From contig JBHLNZ010000002.1 of assembly GCA_048941015.1 (NCBI GenBank), positions 1 to 64,000 on the forward strand: 64,000 bases of DNA, given 5' to 3'. The stretch is from Promethearchaeota archaeon. Lineage in GTDB: Archaea; Asgardarchaeota; Lokiarchaeia; Sigyniarchaeales; SOKP01. Positions 60,055 through 64,000 of the stretch are shown piece after piece. The position numbers and the translations under genes are program-made. Below the pieces are notes generated by a model, which ran no database searches, was not told the DNA's origin, and was given only the letters and a program-made list of their open reading frames with translations. Numbering within the stretch: the first letter of the stretch is position 1; each line of letters begins with the position of its first letter.

Positions 60055-61779
60055 ATTAGGTTTTAAAATTCTAATTTTTACTTTTGCAGGGATATATTTC
60101 CAAATAGGTAATTTTACAACAAACTGAAAAAATCGATTCATACTTAATTTATTTTTTAATATAAAATAGCTCCAATTACGAAAAGCTAAGTTATTAAAAA
60201 GGTGCATCAAGTTTACTCCAAAGATATTGTATCTAGAAGCAAGAAAACTTGCAAAGTATGCTCCAAATCTTTTAGTTTGAGGAATTGATTCTGGATATAC
60301 AGATTCTGAGAGAGCTCTATTAAATATTTCATAAATCGAGAATATCGGAATTAGATTATTCAGATTTTCTTCTACTTTTCTACTGTAATTTGGATTATCT
60401 AAAGATAAATTAGATAACTCATTTAATTTATATATAGCAAATTTGTAGTGTTTTTCTTTAAAGGAAAACCACATTTCTTCCATAGTAACTCTTAGATTTT
60501 TTAATATATTAAGTAGTTTTTTTTCATCAAAAGTAAAATGATATTTTTTTTCATAATATTTAATATATAATAGGAATATTGAATCAGGTATTTGTTTTTC
60601 AAAGTGATTAGTGTTATACCATTCTGAGAAGAAATCAATATCGTATTCTGTGGGAGTGTGAATTGTATGGGTATTTAAGGGAGTATTCCATATTAATTCA
60701 AGTAATTTTTCCATAAGTTTGATGGTATTAGTAAATTTCTCAATTATAGAATAATTTTGCTGCTTTTTAGGATTTCGAACTGATTTAGCTTTCGAGCGTT
60801 TAAATCGAATCTTAATTTTTTCGGTTATTTTTAATTGTTTAATAAATTCTTTCTTTTTTTTTTTATAGAGAATGATCTTTTTAATTAATAATTGTTTAAG
60901 CTTCATCAATTCTTTAATGTAAGAATAAAAGTCCACATTATATTTATTTAAAATTTCATGATAGCTAATTAATGGAATTTCAATATAAGGTCTATGTATT
61001 TTTGAATCAATTTTCATAGCATGATCTCCAATAGAATAGGAGAAAATAATCTTGTGAAGAACTTCTTTTAAATTCATGAAATTTCCCAATTTTTTTGGAT
61101 CATTCGTAAAATACCCATGCAAAAGGGTATCAATTCCCTTAAACACATTATTCTCATATTCAGAGATAATTACAGATTCAAACTCTCCTGGATGATGTCT
61201 TTTGATTTTAAATCTTTTTCCTACTAAAAAAATTGCTTGATTTGCTCTGTGGCAAACAGTGTGGCTCCATTTTAATATAGGTTCAAGAATCTTACCATAA
61301 GTGAGGTTATAACCATAAAATTCTGGTCCAAAATATATTGGAAATCCAAATCCACGAGAAGTAGAAAATGTAAACTGAAAAATGTTTCTTGTTTTCTCTC
61401 CTTTTAAAAATCCGGGAAATTTATAGTGTAAAGCAAATCGTGGGTATAATGCATCAAGCCCTAAATTCATCCATGCTTCAAATAGAAGTATGCTATCAGG
61501 GAATTTAAAGGAGTCTATTTTGCTTAATAAATTGTCACTTAAAGTATTTAATAAAGTGGGGATAGATTGAAGCCAGTTTTTTTCTATCTCAAACTTTTTT
61601 GCTCCTTTATTGAATTTTTTTAATAAAAGTGTCGTAATTTGATTTTGCAAACTAGCTTTTTTAAAATAATAATTATTTAAAACTCTAATAAAAGATGTTA
61701 TTTCTAATATTTGACGTTGAAGATCGTGAGTAACTCTGACATATAATGCTTGTTCAGAAAGATTTGAATTATGTAGCAA
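60043..61779 (-). CDS. hypothetical protein
   Basis: 578-aa ORF with no recognised motif. Confidence 0.7.
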   Translation of the reverse strand: MLHNSNLSEQALYVRVTHDLQRQILEITSFIRVLNNYYFKKASLQNQITTLLLKKFNKGAKKFEIEKNWLQSIPTLLNTLSDNLLSKIDSFKFPDSILLFEAWMNLGLDALYPRFALHYKFPGFLKGEKTRNIFQFTFSTSRGFGFPIYFGPEFYGYNLTYGKILEPILKWSHTVCHRANQAIFLVGKRFKIKRHHPGEFESVIISEYENNVFKGIDTLLHGYFTNDPKKLGNFMNLKEVLHKIIFSYSIGDHAMKIDSKIHRPYIEIPLISYHEILNKYNVDFYSYIKELMKLKQLLIKKIILYKKKKKEFIKQLKITEKIKIRFKRSKAKSVRNPKKQQNYSIIEKFTNTIKLMEKLLELIWNTPLNTHTIHTPTEYDIDFFSEWYNTNHFEKQIPDSIFLLYIKYYEKKYHFTFDEKKLLNILKNLRVTMEEMWFSFKEKHYKFAIYKLNELSNLSLDNPNYSRKVEENLNNLIPIFSIYEIFNRALSESVYPESIPQTKRFGAYFASFLASRYNIFGVNLMHLFNNLAFRNWSYFILKNKLSMNRFFQFVVKLPIWKYIPAKVKIRILKPNLPF

Positions 61780-61941
61780 TTATTTAAACCGATAAATAAA
61801 ATTATCCTTATAATTGTATATCTTTTTTTTTTTAAAATTTTAATCTAAAAATATTATAAGCTTGAATCGAGAAGCTTTTTCTTTTTGAAATATAAGAAGA
61901 TGTAAGAAGCTCAAAATTTCAAAAACTTCAAAATTATTGGA

Positions 61942-62403
61942 TTATCCTTGTTGCTTTCTTCTACTAAATAATTCCTTTAATTCCCCCATTATTGCACCTC
62001 TTAATGTTAAAGGGGTAGCAGGCCGAGCAGGACCAGGTCCTCCCGGAGGGCCGCCAGGTGGAGGTGGAGGACCGCCAGGTGGACCACCAGGTGGTGGCAG
62101 AGGGCCGCCAGGTGGACCACTAGATGGAGGAGGAGCGCTAACAGGTGCAGATGGAGTGGATACCATAGGGGTAGCTCCAGCACCTCTTGTCTTTAAAGCT
62201 GCCACGTCATTATTCATAGTATTGATTCTAGATTCCAGATTGGAAATTTTTTGATTCAAAGTTGCTAAGGATTGATCGACCAAATCAGGAATCCTTAAAA
62301 TCATCATCATCATTTTTTCGACAATGTCTCCAAACGCATTTAATTTTTCTTCAATTGGGGCTCTTCGTGTCTCTTGCATAAAATTTGCGAATTCTTCTGC
62401 CAT
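61942..62403 (-). CDS. coiled-coil, polyproline and C-terminal amphipathic helix protein
   Basis: Heptad region, (PPGG)n/PPPPP tract, terminal LRGAIMGELKELFSRRK; SD-like GAGG upstream. Confidence 0.8.
   Translation of the reverse strand: MAEEFANFMQETRRAPIEEKLNAFGDIVEKMMMMILRIPDLVDQSLATLNQKISNLESRINTMNNDVAALKTRGAGATPMVSTPSAPVSAPPPSSGPPGGPLPPPGGPPGGPPPPPGGPPGGPGPARPATPLTLRGAIMGELKELFSRRKQQG
62020..62135. repeat. GC-rich imperfect coding repeat (GGPPGG units)
   Basis: Repeated ccgccaggtgga/ccaccaggtgg units encoding the Pro/Gly tract. Confidence 0.7.
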
Positions 62404-62548
62404 TTTCCTCTCTCAATAGTTATTAATATTGAATACGACTAGTATTTTTTTTTAATAATTATATATTTGATATGTTTAATAAATTTAAGTTCATCTGAAT
62501 TAGTAGAAATTCAAGTTACAATTATAAAAAAAATAGATTATTTTAAAT

Positions 62549-63181
62549 TTAACTTGATTTGTTAACTGAATTTTTTAAAATTATCCATAAATTATCAAGT
62601 TCATCTCTTACTTCTATAAATTGGTGGATCTTTTTAAGAAGAACATCTCTCGCCCGATCAAAATCTCTTTGAAAATCGTTTAATTCGGCTTCTAAAAGCT
62701 TCATTTTATCGCCTTCCATTAAGTCATTTTTTTTCTTTTCAACTGTTAGAGCTTTTTTAATAACAGCAGCTCTTTTGTTTGCAACTTCAATTAAAGCATC
62801 GGCTAATTCTTCTTTCTTTTGAATGAAATATTCCTTATTTACAATTAAATTTTTGATAGCATCAATATAGCCATTATTAACTTTAATATATTCTTCATTT
62901 TTTCGAATGATATCATGAAATAGATTTACTTCTTCATCTTTTACATTAGCTCTTTTCTCTCTTACTAAAGTTTGCATTTGTTTTAAAACATCACGAAAAG
63001 ATCTATTAAGCATATCTCGTTCGACATTAGCTTTAGTTAAATCATCAGCATACTTTTTTTGAGAACTAATTAGAGCGCTTTGGGCTTTTGCCAATTTTTT
63101 AATTTCTTTAACTAGATCTTTTTCCATACTGGCTAATTCCAGTTCATCTTCATGGGTGATTATAGGACTCATTTTAGACAT
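62549..63181 (-). CDS. all-helical protein, BAR-domain-like
   Basis: 210 aa of long amphipathic helices; C-terminal KKK....DKMKLLEAEL...QRDFD..RD.L...IHQF...R pattern. Confidence 0.5.
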   Translation of the reverse strand: MSKMSPIITHEDELELASMEKDLVKEIKKLAKAQSALISSQKKYADDLTKANVERDMLNRSFRDVLKQMQTLVREKRANVKDEEVNLFHDIIRKNEEYIKVNNGYIDAIKNLIVNKEYFIQKKEELADALIEVANKRAAVIKKALTVEKKKNDLMEGDKMKLLEAELNDFQRDFDRARDVLLKKIHQFIEVRDELDNLWIILKNSVNKSS

Positions 63182-63255
63182 TTTATATTTAACAAATTTT
63201 AATATTATTCTTATGTAAATTCTTAATTATATTTTTTAGTCTTTTTTTAATTTGA

Positions 63256-64000
63256 CTATGTTATTGGATATGATGCTGTTAAAATATTATCCTTATAATT
63301 TGCTTTGATTACTTTCGCTTTAATTACTTTCCCTATTAGATCTTCAGAAAAAGTTAATGGTCTTTTTAGCAGTACTTTTATACCAACATTGTTATTAATT
63401 TTACCAATACATTCCCAATTCCACCTACCTTGTGAGACAATCTGTAGGTTTATAAGATCATTTTTTTTTAAAGCTGAAGAATACGAAGTAGTTCGTTTAT
63501 GTATTCCAAAATCTTTTGGACCTAGTTTCAATTTAATATTATATTTTTTTTCTAATTTCGACAGATATTTATAAAAATAATCCCAAGATTTGGGACGGAT
63601 TTTTTTCAATTTTCTTCCAGTTTTATATATTAAATATTTTTGAATGCCTATTTGAATTTTGAGTTCAGAATAACCTTCATTACGTAAATTTAAAACATAT
63701 TGAATTATTTCTTCAATATCCAAGTCATTTACACCAGGAAACCAGACTGGAGCAATTAAAACATTAATATTGGTGTTTAATAGAGTTTCAATGTTTTTAA
63801 TAACTTTGTGTAGATCATAATTCGAACAATCACATAAATAGTATGCTAAATCTTCATTTAATGTGTTTAAACTTATGTTGATACGAGTTAGGTTGTTATT
63901 ATTTAACATTTGAATGTTTTTTGAATTAAGCATTATCCCATTACTTTGCATAGAAACAACTTTTATTCCTTTAACATTCCATAGCTCACTTAAGAGTTTA
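63256..64000 (-). CDS. radical SAM protein with C-terminal TRAM-like domain (5' partial)
   Basis: Frame open to the window edge; SMQSNG, RINISL, LIAPVW.PGVND, GIQKY..YK.GR. Confidence 0.75.
   Translation of the reverse strand, partial: KLLSELWNVKGIKVVSMQSNGIMLNSKNIQMLNNNNLTRINISLNTLNEDLAYYLCDCSNYDLHKVIKNIETLLNTNINVLIAPVWFPGVNDLDIEEIIQYVLNLRNEGYSELKIQIGIQKYLIYKTGRKLKKIRPKSWDYFYKYLSKLEKKYNIKLKLGPKDFGIHKRTTSYSSALKKNDLINLQIVSQGRWNWECIGKINNNVGIKVLLKRPLTFSEDLIGKVIKAKVIKANYKDNILTASYPIT

Noticed and set aside
62020-62135. GC-rich repeats as a CRISPR array or mobile element
   Set aside because: No repeat-spacer periodicity; explained by Pro/Gly codons. No CRISPR array, cas gene or transposase was seen anywhere in the window.
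810-63574. Many short ORF-track entries antisense to or nested in clear genes (e.g. 1446-1700, 8724-9026, 16145-16483, 34664-34966, 61937-62254)
   Set aside because: Shadow ORFs of well-supported genes, with no motifs of their own.

Overview
Strongly AT-rich archaeal chromosome segment, most likely an Asgard archaeon (Lokiarchaeia-like). This placement is inferred from archaeal core genes (exosome/proteasome superoperon, GatDE, TFB, Nop5/fibrillarin, archaeal MAT, Elf1) found together with eukaryote-signature-like genes (profilin-like, Roadblock, LITAF-like, AN1 zinc fingers, BAR-like). The window is mostly housekeeping genes, with four tRNA genes (two with introns) and no CRISPR array, rRNA or recognisable transposase. 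Best-supported discovery: the PPi-type phosphofructokinase gene (3307-4486, minus) is interrupted inside its GGG-D motif by a 31-nt insert (4416-4446). The insert folds into a bulge-helix-bulge (BHB), and cutting at the standard BHB positions exactly restores GGGDCPGLN. This points to a tRNA-endonuclease-spliced mRNA intron in a central metabolic gene. Other candidates: a BAR-like plus polyproline/actin-binding-like gene pair; an 8-gene unknown operon with an AAA ATPase and an apparently ATPase-dead SMC-like protein; an AN1-finger site-2 protease, AN1-finger pseudo-rhomboid and LITAF-like cluster; tandem RHH-HisKA-REC regulators without a kinase domain; a glycyl radical enzyme with an atypical Cys loop; and probable AUU/AUA start codons. 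All family calls were made by eye from motifs; no searches were run.
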